From: an uncultured virus (IMG/VR IMGVR_UViG_3300032220_001739)
Taxonomy: Duplodnaviria; Heunggongvirae; Uroviricota; Caudoviricetes
IMG/VR virus record: IMGVR_UViG_3300032220_001739
Length of the DNA stretch: 64,000 nucleotides
Direction: 5' to 3' (one strand)
Shown here piece by piece: positions 35,602-46,323 of the stretch. The notes under the pieces were generated by a model. That model made no database searches and was not told the DNA's origin. It was given only the letters and a program-made list of their open reading frames with translations. Position 1 is the stretch's first letter, and each line of letters starts with the position of its first letter. The translations under genes and the position numbers were made by a program.

Positions 35602-36447
35602 ATGAGATTTTTTTGCGAAGGTCCGTGTCATCATAAAAATACAATAGGGTTAAATCTCATGATGAGTGAAGGCATGGATGTAGATCTATCATATTCACCA
35701 AATAAGGAATATGATTGGATTGTTAATTTCAGTGAATTTAAGACTTATCCAAATCACAGCGGTGGTGTTATATACGGGCCTCAGATACTATTCCCGACCA
35801 TACCAGCATCATCAGTACCTAATGTTTACGGAAAAACATATTGTAATCTTCTCTCTGACTGGCTAGTTGATTTAAACCTGGATATAAATCCGGATATAAA
35901 ATCAATAGCTCTTCCTTTTGCGGTAGATGTAAATAGATTTAGGCCGTCGGGGAAAATAGGTAAGCCTGTCATATATTTTAAAAACATAAGAACTGACATA
36001 TTGCAATCAGTCCTTGATAAATTAGGAAATGATTTCATAGTGATTAGATATGGTGGGTATTCGGAGGATTATTATTTAAGATCAATAGCTGAAGCACCGT
36101 ATGTTATCTGGTTGGGGCGCCACGAGAGTCAGGGGTTTGCACTACAGGAAGCATTAAGTTGCGATACACCAATTTTTGTTATAGATGTATCATCTTTAAG
36201 AGATGAAATGGGATCCGGCGGGGATAAGCCTTGGGGTAATTTTTTACCTGGCCATCCATTAAAAGCAACAGCGGCTTCTTATTTTGACAATAGGTGCGGT
36301 GTAATATCATCGATCGAGTCCTGGGAAGAACACATTGATGATTTTATATTGAACACCAAGCATTATTCACCAAGGGAATTCGTAATGGAGACACTTTCTC
36401 CGCGAGCATGTTATGAGACCTGGATTAGAAAATTAGATAGTCTGTAA
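35602..36447 (+). CDS. GT-B-like glycosyltransferase
   Basis: AVD...F.P and ESQGFALQEALSCDTP (Ex7E) motifs. Confidence 0.6.
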   Translation: MRFFCEGPCHHKNTIGLNLMMSEGMDVDLSYSPNKEYDWIVNFSEFKTYPNHSGGVIYGPQILFPTIPASSVPNVYGKTYCNLLSDWLVDLNLDINPDIKSIALPFAVDVNRFRPSGKIGKPVIYFKNIRTDILQSVLDKLGNDFIVIRYGGYSEDYYLRSIAEAPYVIWLGRHESQGFALQEALSCDTPIFVIDVSSLRDEMGSGGDKPWGNFLPGHPLKATAASYFDNRCGVISSIESWEEHIDDFILNTKHYSPREFVMETLSPRACYETWIRKLDSL

Positions 36448-36458
36448 AATTTAGCGTA

Positions 36459-37085
36459 ATGAAAAATCTATGCATAATAACTTCAGTTATAAACACATCA
36501 AGTAATCCTCTAAGTTACTCATCTACCAGATCAATTTATAACGAGACCGAAAGATTCGATCAAACCAAGCTAACTATAGACAGCGTGAGAAGCTATATAA
36601 AGAATTGCGAAATATTGTTTATAGAATCATCACAAATTAGTTCTAATTATGAAAATGATATAGAAAAAATGGTAGACCATTACTTTAGAACAGGTGAAGG
36701 GATAAGATCTAAGATAGACGGTCCACATAAGGCTTCAGGTGAGGCCTCACAGATCAGGGAGGGACTTAAATTTATAAACATTAGCAATTATGACCACATT
36801 TTTAAGATCTCCGGGAGATATAGGATAAATCAAAATTTTATATTGGATGATTATATGATTGAGGATAATGTTTTTCTAGAAACCGAAGATGGCCAAAAGT
36901 TAGCAACTGTTTTTTATAAAATATTCAACAAGGAATTCTATTTAAAAGCATTAGATGCATGCTCGGAGAGCTCGGATATGTTAGAATTGAATTTTAAAAA
37001 TATATTTGGCCACGATTTCAAAAAAGTAAAGATGCTGGGTGTAGAAGGGAACGTCAGTGTAGATGGTAATTTTATAAACTGGTAA
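36459..37085 (+). CDS. hypothetical glycan-cluster protein
   Basis: ITSVI...ERFDQT...FKISGRY. Confidence 0.6.
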   Translation: MKNLCIITSVINTSSNPLSYSSTRSIYNETERFDQTKLTIDSVRSYIKNCEILFIESSQISSNYENDIEKMVDHYFRTGEGIRSKIDGPHKASGEASQIREGLKFINISNYDHIFKISGRYRINQNFILDDYMIEDNVFLETEDGQKLATVFYKIFNKEFYLKALDACSESSDMLELNFKNIFGHDFKKVKMLGVEGNVSVDGNFINW

Positions 37086-37088
37086 AAC

Positions 37089-37748
37089 ATGGATAAGATA
37101 GTAGCAATAGGGGATAGCCACTGTGATATTTTCAACACACACCCCAGCAGGAAAAGGGGTATCGGTATAGATAAAAATCTATACGATTTTTTTGATTGTA
37201 GATGGCTTGGTCCAATTACTTTCTGGAGGATCTGCAGGGATAGGGAGACTTCTCTAGATTTTGATAACGGTGTGTCGTACAATCCCTCTCCCGGGTGTGA
37301 AACAAATTCTAAATTAAAAGAAGGACAAAATGTTGTTTTATTTTTTGGCGAGATAGATGTAAGGTGCCATATATTAAAAAGCGACGATTATAAAAGTACC
37401 GTTGATGATATGGTTCTCCAGATGTCTGAATTTATAAAAAAATACAGAGATAGATATAAAATACACATGTCTTCTATATTGCCTCCCATGAGAGAATCGA
37501 CCTGCTCGTCTCACAATTCAGAATTACCTTTCGTTGGGAGCGATAGCTCTAGATCGGAGGTAACCTTATACTTTAATAATAAAATAAGAGAGATGTGCTA
37601 TACTCTATCTATTGGATATTTCGACGTGTATGCAATCTACGTAGATGACGAAAATATGTTAGATCCTGATAAATCCGACGGAATAGTTCACGCTACAAAG
37701 AACGAATCTCTAGAGGGTTACATAAAAAATTACTTTAACATAGTGTAA
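37089..37748 (+). CDS. SGNH-hydrolase-like protein
   Basis: IGDSH, GEIDVR and DGIVH motifs. Confidence 0.65.
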   Translation: MDKIVAIGDSHCDIFNTHPSRKRGIGIDKNLYDFFDCRWLGPITFWRICRDRETSLDFDNGVSYNPSPGCETNSKLKEGQNVVLFFGEIDVRCHILKSDDYKSTVDDMVLQMSEFIKKYRDRYKIHMSSILPPMRESTCSSHNSELPFVGSDSSRSEVTLYFNNKIREMCYTLSIGYFDVYAIYVDDENMLDPDKSDGIVHATKNESLEGYIKNYFNIV

Positions 37749-37760
37749 AATAAAGATAAA

Positions 37761-38717
37761 ATGAAAAATAAAAGAATATTGATAATAGGCGGGACTGGAG
37801 CACTAGGTAAAACCCTCATAAGAAGATACCAGGCACTTAATGATATTTTAGTTGTCAGTAGAGACGAGCACAAGCACGTTGCTCTGGAGAAAGAGGAATG
37901 GCTGGATTCTTGCAAAGTAAAATTCAGAATAGGCGATGTAAAGGATATTAATTCTCTTAGAGATTCCATTGAGGATTATAAACCAGATGTGATAATAAAC
38001 ACTGCAGCCTTGAAACATGTGCCTATCTGCGAGGACAATCCTTATGAATCCGTAAATGTAAACATAATAGGACACCAAAATCTAATACAATCGGTAAAAA
38101 GGTCTAATCATAGGATAGAAACATTAATATTTATTAGCACAGATAAAGCATGCAAGCCTATAAACGTTTACGGTATGTGCAAGGCTATATCGGAAAGGCT
38201 CTATATAGAATACGCAAGTCAGCAAAATGATATTAAGGTTTGCCTAGTTAGATACGGTAACGTTTTAGAGTCAACCGGGTCCGTAATACCTTTTTTCAAA
38301 AAAATTCTAAACGACGGTAAAACTGAATTACCAATAACTGATAACAGGATGACCAGGTTCCTATTAACGCTAGATCGAGCAACAGATCTGATAGATTGGG
38401 CATATGCAAATGACACACATGGAAAAATAGCAGTCCCTAAAGTGGAATCTTTTTCTATAGTATCAATAGCAAAAGCACTTTTTAAATGGAAGTGCATAGA
38501 AAATGGCAATGTAAATATTATCGGTATAAGGCCAGGTGAAAAGCTACACGAGGAGATGATATCGGACATAGAATGGATGAGAACGATAGACACAGGGGAG
38601 AACTATTTAATAACTAATGATATAGTAAAGACAGAACCTAAATCTTATAACTCTTATGACTCCCTTATGGACGATTCTCTAGTTTACGATTTTCTAAAAC
38701 AAAATGGAATAATATAA
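37761..38717 (+). CDS. UDP-GlcNAc 4,6-dehydratase-like protein (PseB/CapD family)
   Basis: GGTGALG, AALKHVP, STDKA, RYGNV and GIRPGEKLHE motifs. Confidence 0.85.
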   Translation: MKNKRILIIGGTGALGKTLIRRYQALNDILVVSRDEHKHVALEKEEWLDSCKVKFRIGDVKDINSLRDSIEDYKPDVIINTAALKHVPICEDNPYESVNVNIIGHQNLIQSVKRSNHRIETLIFISTDKACKPINVYGMCKAISERLYIEYASQQNDIKVCLVRYGNVLESTGSVIPFFKKILNDGKTELPITDNRMTRFLLTLDRATDLIDWAYANDTHGKIAVPKVESFSIVSIAKALFKWKCIENGNVNIIGIRPGEKLHEEMISDIEWMRTIDTGENYLITNDIVKTEPKSYNSYDSLMDDSLVYDFLKQNGII

Positions 38718-38720
38718 AAA

Positions 38721-39383
38721 ATGGAAGAATTCGAAAACAAAATGCCACATGACTATTATGGTACTAAAGTGGTTGAAAAATTTTCTGAGCATGATCTGGA
38801 TAAAATCGACTACGAGACACAGTTCTATTTCAGAAATCCAAAAATAAAATACAAATTATCTCTGGACCATAAAGAGGTTATAGAATTTTTTATTAGGTTA
38901 CTAAAACCCAAAAATTTTATAGAAATAGGAACTCAATTTGGAGAAACTACAAACCAAATAATCCATTTGATACCCGGTGATTATTATGCGGTGGATATTT
39001 TTATACACGATAATATGAGATTTCTATCCAATAAATTTCAAAATTTAAAGCTATTTCAGAATTCCTCTGATGATTTCTTTAGCAGCCAATTTGACGGAAA
39101 AATGTTTGAGATGGCTTTTATAGACGCATCACACAATTATGAGGATACATTCAGAGATTTTATGAATGTGAAAGATTTTATAGTACCCGATGGAATTATA
39201 TTTTTCCACGACACATATCCAGCTAATTTAGATGAAACACATCCGGATTTATCAGGGGATTGCTATAAGCTTCCTGAAAAAATTAGATTGGATTATAATA
39301 TGGAATTTGAAATAATAACACTACCTGTTAGCCCGGGCTTGTCGATCGCTAGAAAAATCAAAAGAAATATCGGGGATGAATAA
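38721..39383 (+). CDS. class I SAM methyltransferase (Methyltransf_24-like)
   Basis: IEIGT..G, FIDASH.YE and FFHD motifs. Confidence 0.8.
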   Translation: MEEFENKMPHDYYGTKVVEKFSEHDLDKIDYETQFYFRNPKIKYKLSLDHKEVIEFFIRLLKPKNFIEIGTQFGETTNQIIHLIPGDYYAVDIFIHDNMRFLSNKFQNLKLFQNSSDDFFSSQFDGKMFEMAFIDASHNYEDTFRDFMNVKDFIVPDGIIFFHDTYPANLDETHPDLSGDCYKLPEKIRLDYNMEFEIITLPVSPGLSIARKIKRNIGDE

Positions 39384-40221
39384 TTTTTGTTTTATAATAC
39401 CTTCGTACTGTGAAACGGATCTTCATGGTTTACAGTTAAGAAGATGTATATCCTCGATTAGAAGATGGCACGATAACTTGATCGTAATCATAGATGATTT
39501 TTCATCTATAGATGTTAAAGAATATACCTCTAATTTTCAAAACATAAAGATATTGAAATCCCAGATCAAGGGGGCTGGCGACATGGTAACATACCTTAAT
39601 TTTAAAAATATCGAGGGGTTTAAAAATGCCGTGATATTCCAGGATAGTATGACACTAGAAAACCCACTAGATGGGGTTAACGATATAGATCAGGTAATTC
39701 CTATCTGGTACTTCACTAATCACCGCCACCACTGGAGCATAATACCAGAACCCGAAACTGAATATAATCTTGCAAACGGTATAGAGTTCCATGACGATCT
39801 GATGATTGACTGCATCAAAAAAATGATACTAAAAGAGGATTTTAGGGACTGGGCAATCGGAATATATCACCAGAAAGAAAAGTGGTCGGGCAACATAGGA
39901 TGCCAATCTATAATAGATAGGGATTTCCTGTCTGAACTAGATGAAAAAACAGGTATTATAGATCTTATGTCCAGTATGAATAATAATAGACTAAGAAGAG
40001 TTGCAGAAAGCTTATTTCCTCTAGCTTGCCAGTTCGTAATTGGTGACTCTATAGTAAATAAAGGATACGATGGTCTCTATTATGACGGCATAAACCCGCA
40101 AAAAGGATTTGTGACATTTAAAGCTTGCGATTTAGGGCTTGGCGAATATCAAGATACGGTACAGCAGGTTTGCAAAAATAAATATTTTTCAAAAGTAACA
40201 TTTAACAGAAGACCACAGTAA
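39376..40221 (+). CDS. putative GT-A fold glycosyltransferase
   Basis: IIPSY, RCISSIR, IIDDFS and FQDS motifs. Confidence 0.55.
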   Translation: MNNFCFIIPSYCETDLHGLQLRRCISSIRRWHDNLIVIIDDFSSIDVKEYTSNFQNIKILKSQIKGAGDMVTYLNFKNIEGFKNAVIFQDSMTLENPLDGVNDIDQVIPIWYFTNHRHHWSIIPEPETEYNLANGIEFHDDLMIDCIKKMILKEDFRDWAIGIYHQKEKWSGNIGCQSIIDRDFLSELDEKTGIIDLMSSMNNNRLRRVAESLFPLACQFVIGDSIVNKGYDGLYYDGINPQKGFVTFKACDLGLGEYQDTVQQVCKNKYFSKVTFNRRPQ

Positions 40222-40242
40222 AAAATTTTATCAATAAGCTCA

Positions 40243-42780
40243 ATGCATTCAGATTCGAAAATAGAAAGAGAATTTACCATAATAGGTTATACTGGATTTA
40301 TCGGTTCTCATCTATCTAACGTATTAAATATCTCACATAGATACAATTCTAAAAATATAGGGGATATCGTAAATTCATCGCACGAAGTTGTAATATGCTG
40401 TGCACCATCGGCTTCGAAGTGGTTAGTTAATAAGGATCCAAATACAGATCTAACTAACATCGAGAAACTACTAGAAGTACTTTCGAATGTTTCCTGTAAA
40501 AAATTTATATTGATATCCTCGATAGACGTATATGAAAATCTAGAAGGGACAAACGAGGATTCAAGTATAGATCCGAGCAAAAATCACAGTTACGGCAGAA
40601 ATAGATTCCGCATGGAAACTGGATGCCGCGAAATATTTGGGAAAAAATTATCCATAATGAGGCTACCTGGACTATATGGATTTGGGCTTAAAAAAAATAT
40701 AATCTTCGATTATATAAACAATAGGTTGGAGAAAATAGATATAAACTCCTCATTTCAGTGGTACAACGTAGAGCATCTTAGCAATGATATTAATTATGTC
40801 CTCGATAACGGGATATCGTTAATTAATCTTTTCACCGAACCTGTTCCAAATAAAGAACTATTAGAATTATTTAAAAAATTTGGAAAAATAGAAGACATTA
40901 GTGTAATTGACGAGAGTGATAAAAATTCTGTCAAATATAACTGCAGAACTAAATATACTAATAGCGGGTTTTGGATGGACAAGGATACCGTTTTAAGGGA
41001 TTTAAGCTCATACCTTAATATCATGTTAAATGGATCAAACATATGCGTAAGCAATCTATGCTGGACCGGAGAAATCAACAGCTCCATCCTTTCTAAGTAT
41101 AATGTAGAAAGAATAGAGGTTTCTCCGTTTAAGCATTTCGGAGAGGGATTTATCAATATGGACATTGATTACTTCGACTCTTTTAAAAAAGACAACATCT
41201 ATTCATTCCAGTCAATTTTTTACGGTAATAAGTTTACAATAGTCGAGGATTATAATACCGTACTCCAGTATTTTAAAAAAATAATAGACATTGCGGACAG
41301 AATGTCCGTTAAAATAATAGTTTTTGGAGCTCCTGGAGTTAGAAGAATACGGTCTGAGTCTGATATAGACATCATTTTTAAATTTTTTAAGGATGTATCA
41401 GAATATCTAGTAGGTAAGGAAGTAGTTATATGCATAGAACCCAATGCATCAGAATATGGATGTAATTTTCTAGTGAATTCTGAAGAGGTTTCTTCTTTTG
41501 TTAGACGTATAGATAGCGAAAATATAAAAATGATGCTAGATACGGGATGCATGTATCTAGAGGAAGAAAACATAATTGATTCCATTGTAAAAAATTCAGA
41601 CATATTAAGGCATTTTCATTTTAGCTCACCCGGTCTGGGTAATATCTTTCAATTTTCAGATAGAATAAAATTTAAATCTATCATAGACAAATTGAATGAA
41701 ATAGGATACACAGGTAACATAACCTTAGAGTGTCTAAACATACCTGAAAGCGAAATAGATAAAAGTCTATATGAGATTTTCAGGAAGAAGAATTTTTTAG
41801 TAATAGGAGCAGGTTGGTACGGCTGTCACATATCTAAGAAATTAATAGAATCCGGTTGTATAGTTAGTATGGTTGATAAAAATGGTATATTTTCGGGATC
41901 CTCTTCGTATAATCAAAATAGGCTTCATCTTGGTTTTCATTACCCAAGATCATATAATACAAGATATCTTTGCAAGGATAATTTCGAAAGATTTAATTGT
42001 GAATATGGTGAATTCACAGACGATGTCGAGAATAATTTATATCTTGTATCCTGCGATTCTACTATAGATTTTAAAAGTTATAAGCAAATTATGCAATCGT
42101 CCGGATTAGAATTCTCGGATTTCGATTTGAGTAAAATAGAAATTTTAAATATAGAAGGAGCCATAATATGCAATGAGAAATTCATAGATCACAGAAGAAT
42201 AAAAAATTACTTTTCAAATATCTTAAATAGGTATTCTATAATCTCGAAAGTAGACGACCCTTTTAGTTTATCGGATTCATTCGATTTTATCATAGACGTA
42301 ACCAATAATTCTTTTGGAATATCAAAGATGAATAACGCTAAAGGGTTTTATGAGAATACACTGTCCTTAATATACAAAAAATTAGAAGGACCGGTTATAG
42401 CATACACCGTTATGGATGGGGAATTTTTTAGCATATATCCATATGATCTAGAAATGAGATATTACACGCTAACCGATGTGGGACTAACCCCATTTAAAAG
42501 GGGTGCCAGTCAGGAAGACATAGAATTTACACCAACTAAAAAATGGATAGAGTGCAAAATTATAGAATTTGAGGAGAATGTTAAAAAATATCTACCTAAT
42601 TTCAAATCTGATTATGAGTATGTCGATTATTTCATATCAAGAAAGAATAAATTCAATTTTAAAAGTGATTCAAGAGAGATGGTGTCTACCGTAAAAGGAA
42701 ATGTTATATCTTTTACATGTGGTAAAATAACTGGCATTTTTGAATGCGAAGACACATTAACAAAAATGAAAATAATATAA
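40243..42780 (+). CDS. triple fusion: NAD-dependent epimerase + TIM-barrel sugar-phosphate isomerase + FAD-dependent oxidoreductase
   Basis: IGYTGFIGS..YG.NR; VFGAPG.R..IEPN..YG..MLDTG..HFHFS; VIGAGWYG..NQNRLHLGFHYPRS. Confidence 0.75.
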   Translation: MHSDSKIEREFTIIGYTGFIGSHLSNVLNISHRYNSKNIGDIVNSSHEVVICCAPSASKWLVNKDPNTDLTNIEKLLEVLSNVSCKKFILISSIDVYENLEGTNEDSSIDPSKNHSYGRNRFRMETGCREIFGKKLSIMRLPGLYGFGLKKNIIFDYINNRLEKIDINSSFQWYNVEHLSNDINYVLDNGISLINLFTEPVPNKELLELFKKFGKIEDISVIDESDKNSVKYNCRTKYTNSGFWMDKDTVLRDLSSYLNIMLNGSNICVSNLCWTGEINSSILSKYNVERIEVSPFKHFGEGFINMDIDYFDSFKKDNIYSFQSIFYGNKFTIVEDYNTVLQYFKKIIDIADRMSVKIIVFGAPGVRRIRSESDIDIIFKFFKDVSEYLVGKEVVICIEPNASEYGCNFLVNSEEVSSFVRRIDSENIKMMLDTGCMYLEEENIIDSIVKNSDILRHFHFSSPGLGNIFQFSDRIKFKSIIDKLNEIGYTGNITLECLNIPESEIDKSLYEIFRKKNFLVIGAGWYGCHISKKLIESGCIVSMVDKNGIFSGSSSYNQNRLHLGFHYPRSYNTRYLCKDNFERFNCEYGEFTDDVENNLYLVSCDSTIDFKSYKQIMQSSGLEFSDFDLSKIEILNIEGAIICNEKFIDHRRIKNYFSNILNRYSIISKVDDPFSLSDSFDFIIDVTNNSFGISKMNNAKGFYENTLSLIYKKLEGPVIAYTVMDGEFFSIYPYDLEMRYYTLTDVGLTPFKRGASQEDIEFTPTKKWIECKIIEFEENVKKYLPNFKSDYEYVDYFISRKNKFNFKSDSREMVSTVKGNVISFTCGKITGIFECEDTLTKMKII

Positions 42781-43538
42781 TGGAAAGAAAAGAAATATGT
42801 TTCGCTACTTTTGCTAGAAACGAGAAGATAAGATTACCTATATGGCTGGATTATTATTCACAATTTTCAGACGATGAAGACATCTACGTTTTTGACCAGA
42901 ACACAACAGACGGGAGTACTGATAATCTGAGATGTAATGTAATACCAGAGCCAAATGAAAAGGTATTCGATCATAAATGGATAGAAGATATGATAAATCG
43001 CAGGCATAGATGGCTTCTAGAAAGATATAAAATAGTAGTATTCATGGAATGCGACGAGCTGATAGTTACTAAAAATTCTCAAAATTTAAGAGATTATTTG
43101 ATCGAGAAAATAGGAGAATCTAAAAAATCTATAGCAATACAGATATTTGACATAGTACAGAATGAAAATGAGGGGGAACAGGAGTACAATAGCAATATAA
43201 AAATATCTAAACAAAGAGGTTACTGGAGACCGTGGGAGGGAGCATACAAGTGCACAATAGCATCAATGGATAAAAAAATACCCATAGGATTCCACGGGGA
43301 TCATGGCTGTGAGATCGACGACAATCTTGTTTCTATACACATACAGTTTCTTAATATAGATTTCTTTAAACAGAAAATAGCAAATAGACTGAGCGAGAAA
43401 GAATTATACGGGAAGGGTGATGATCACGGTTGCTGGGATCTGCACTATAAGGAGGAAATGATAGAAGAGCACATCAAAGAAGCATATTCGCTTCTCGAAA
43501 AAGTACCGGATTGGTTTAAAAATAATAAATTTATATAA
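42780..43538 (+). CDS. GT2-like glycosyltransferase
   Basis: ARNE...WLDYY...D..TTDGST...ECDE. Confidence 0.65.
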   Translation: MERKEICFATFARNEKIRLPIWLDYYSQFSDDEDIYVFDQNTTDGSTDNLRCNVIPEPNEKVFDHKWIEDMINRRHRWLLERYKIVVFMECDELIVTKNSQNLRDYLIEKIGESKKSIAIQIFDIVQNENEGEQEYNSNIKISKQRGYWRPWEGAYKCTIASMDKKIPIGFHGDHGCEIDDNLVSIHIQFLNIDFFKQKIANRLSEKELYGKGDDHGCWDLHYKEEMIEEHIKEAYSLLEKVPDWFKNNKFI

Positions 43539-43551
43539 TATAAAGAAGTAT

Positions 43552-44361
43552 ATGAAAATTCTTATAGTAGGGTCTACCGGTATGCTAGGTAGCGCAGTTA
43601 AAAAATATTTCAACGAGAATTCTTTCGAGGTTGTAACACTAGATAGAGAAAGAATAGATTTATCTAACTTTAAAAAAGAAGAGGTTGGGGATTTGATAGA
43701 AGAAAGCGGATGCGATGTGCTGATAAATTGCGCTGGCCTAATTAAACAAAGAAGCGGATTAAAGACAAGGGATTTTATTTCAGTAAACAGTCTTTTACCA
43801 CATACCCTAGCTGACTTATGTTTAGAGAAAAATATAAAAATGATACACGTAACAACGGATTGTATATTTAGCGGGAGAGACGGTAACTATAACGAAATGT
43901 CAAAATCTGATGTTTTTGATGATTATGGGCTTAGTAAATTTATGGGGGAGCCTAATATTTGTACAACGATAAGAACTTCCATCATAGGTGAGGAATATAA
44001 AAATAAATTATCCCTCCTTGAATGGATCAGATCAAATAAGGGAGGAAAGATAAACGGTTACACCAACCACATCTGGAATGGTGTTACCTGTCTCCAGCTC
44101 TCGAAAATAATTCACAATATTATTAGTAACAATAGGTTCTGGGTTGGGACAAGACATATATTTTCAAACAGTGTTAATAAATATGAGCTGGCTAAAATTA
44201 TAAATGAGATATACGAATTAAACATACAGATAGATCCGATAGAGACTAGTGAAAAAATAGATAGATCGCTCAGTAGCACACACGGTACGGAAGAATTCAA
44301 TATACCACCACTGGATAAGCAGATACTAGAAACAAAACTATTTCATCTTGATATAAAGTAA
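43552..44361 (+). CDS. RmlD-like NDP-4-keto-sugar reductase
   Basis: GSTGMLG, NCAG, TTDCIFSG and YGLSK motifs. Confidence 0.82.
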   Translation: MKILIVGSTGMLGSAVKKYFNENSFEVVTLDRERIDLSNFKKEEVGDLIEESGCDVLINCAGLIKQRSGLKTRDFISVNSLLPHTLADLCLEKNIKMIHVTTDCIFSGRDGNYNEMSKSDVFDDYGLSKFMGEPNICTTIRTSIIGEEYKNKLSLLEWIRSNKGGKINGYTNHIWNGVTCLQLSKIIHNIISNNRFWVGTRHIFSNSVNKYELAKIINEIYELNIQIDPIETSEKIDRSLSSTHGTEEFNIPPLDKQILETKLFHLDIK

Positions 44362-44372
44362 AAAGTAAAAAA

Positions 44373-45467
44373 TTGAGAATAGCTATAGTAACAGGTTCTG
44401 CTGGGTTAATTGGATCCCAAGCTTGTGATTTCTTTAGCAGTAAGGGGTATAAAGTAGTTGGTATAGACAACGACATGAGATCTTATTTTTTTGGCCCTTC
44501 TTCCTCTACTAAAGATTCTTTAGCCTCCATAAAATCTAAAATAAAAAACTACGAGCACTACGAAATAGACATAAGAGACTATAATAAAATAAATGATCTT
44601 TTTCGCAAGTATTCTAAAAAAATAGATGTGGTAATACACACAGCTGCACAGCCTTCCCACGATTGGGCAGCTAAAGAACCCATGACAGATTTTAGCATAA
44701 ATGCTACAGGGACAATGAATCTTCTAGAGACAACAAGATTAAATTGTCCGGATGCTACTTTTATTTTCACATCGACTAACAAAGTTTATGGGGATACCCC
44801 AAACAATCTCCATTTAGTTGAAAAAGATTCGAGATGGGAAATAGATATGCTGAAATACAATGATTACCAATTGTATTCTAATGGAATAGGGACGGATGGA
44901 AGCATAAACGAAAATATGTCAATCGATCACACTAAGCATTCCATTTTTGGTGCATCTAAGGTTGCTGCTGATGTAATGGTTCAGGAATATGGCCGTTATT
45001 TCGGTATGAAGACAGTAGTTTTTAGGGGAGGATGCTTAACAGGTCCAAATCATGCAGGTGCAGAATTGCACGGTTTCTTATCCTATCTAGTGAAATGCAT
45101 AGTTAACGATAAGCCGTATACTATATTTGGTTATAAAGGTAAACAAGTTAGAGATAATATACATTCCTTAGACCTAGTTAATATGTTTTGGAATTTCCAC
45201 GAGGATCCAAGACCCGGGGAGATCTATAATGCAGGAGGGGGAAGGGAAAACTCAATATCTATACTAGAAGCCATAGATGCCATTAATTTAATAAATAATA
45301 CAAGCTGGTCAAAGTACACTATTGATGAAAATAATAGAATAGGGGATCATATGTGGTATATCACGGACCTTAGCAAATTCAGGTCACATTATCCCAAGTG
45401 GAATATAACAGCAAATCTAAAAGAAACCATAATACAAATGGTTAACTCGGAGAGAGAAAAATTATGA
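44373..45467 (+). CDS. CDP-paratose 2-epimerase-like NAD-dependent epimerase
   Basis: TGSAGLIG, AAQPSHD, STNKVYGD and GKQVRDNIH motifs. Confidence 0.82.
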   Translation: MRIAIVTGSAGLIGSQACDFFSSKGYKVVGIDNDMRSYFFGPSSSTKDSLASIKSKIKNYEHYEIDIRDYNKINDLFRKYSKKIDVVIHTAAQPSHDWAAKEPMTDFSINATGTMNLLETTRLNCPDATFIFTSTNKVYGDTPNNLHLVEKDSRWEIDMLKYNDYQLYSNGIGTDGSINENMSIDHTKHSIFGASKVAADVMVQEYGRYFGMKTVVFRGGCLTGPNHAGAELHGFLSYLVKCIVNDKPYTIFGYKGKQVRDNIHSLDLVNMFWNFHEDPRPGEIYNAGGGRENSISILEAIDAINLINNTSWSKYTIDENNRIGDHMWYITDLSKFRSHYPKWNITANLKETIIQMVNSEREKL

Positions 45468-46312
45468 TAATAGTAAGATTAATGGGTGGATTAGGAAACC
45501 AAATGTTCCAATATGCATTTGGTAGATCACTCTCGATTAAATATAATGTACCATTAAAGATAGATTTATCTTTTTTGAAGAACAAAAATCAAGGTCCTAA
45601 TTTTATCTATCGAGACTACGACCTGGATGTATTTAAAATTGATCCGGATATGGTAGATCTAAATATAGATACAATAGAGAATTTCCATACGGTAAACGAA
45701 ATTAATTTCCACTATAGCGAAAGGGAAGTATCAGAGATATCAGATTTTTTAAAACGTAATATTCCAGTTCTAATATGCGGGCATTGGCAGTCACCTTTTT
45801 ATTTCATGGATTCGGCTGATACGATAAGGAAAGATTTCTGTTTTAAGAACGAAGTGGAAAAAACTTCCGACGATTCAGTCCTATCGATTTTAGAAAAAAT
45901 AAAAAAAACAAATTCAGTAGCAATCAACATAAGAAGAACTGATTACTTAAATACAAGCTATCATGGTGTTTTCGGTACTGAGTACGTAAACCATGCAAAG
46001 AGAATAATTGAATCGAGCATAGTAGATCCGCACTACTTCATATTTTCAGACGACGTAGAATGGTGCAGAGAAAATATAGCATTTGATAATTCGACTCTCG
46101 TTGACCATTCTTATAAAGGTGAAAAATTTTCATATTATCTTCAATTAATGAAGAACTGTAAGAATTTTATAATACCAAATAGCAGTTTTGCATGGTGGTC
46201 TTCTTGGCTAAATGATGACCAATCTAAAATAGTAGTGTGCCCTAAAAAATGGTTCACTAATAGCTCAATTAACACTTCAGATTTGATACCATCTGATTGG
46301 ATTAGGATATAA
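45464..46312 (+). CDS. GT11 alpha-1,2-fucosyltransferase
   Basis: GGLGNQMFQYA, NIRRTDY and NSSFAWW motifs. Confidence 0.88.
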   Translation: MIIVRLMGGLGNQMFQYAFGRSLSIKYNVPLKIDLSFLKNKNQGPNFIYRDYDLDVFKIDPDMVDLNIDTIENFHTVNEINFHYSEREVSEISDFLKRNIPVLICGHWQSPFYFMDSADTIRKDFCFKNEVEKTSDDSVLSILEKIKKTNSVAINIRRTDYLNTSYHGVFGTEYVNHAKRIIESSIVDPHYFIFSDDVEWCRENIAFDNSTLVDHSYKGEKFSYYLQLMKNCKNFIIPNSSFAWWSSWLNDDQSKIVVCPKKWFTNSSINTSDLIPSDWIRI

Positions 46313-46323
46313 TATAAAAGATA

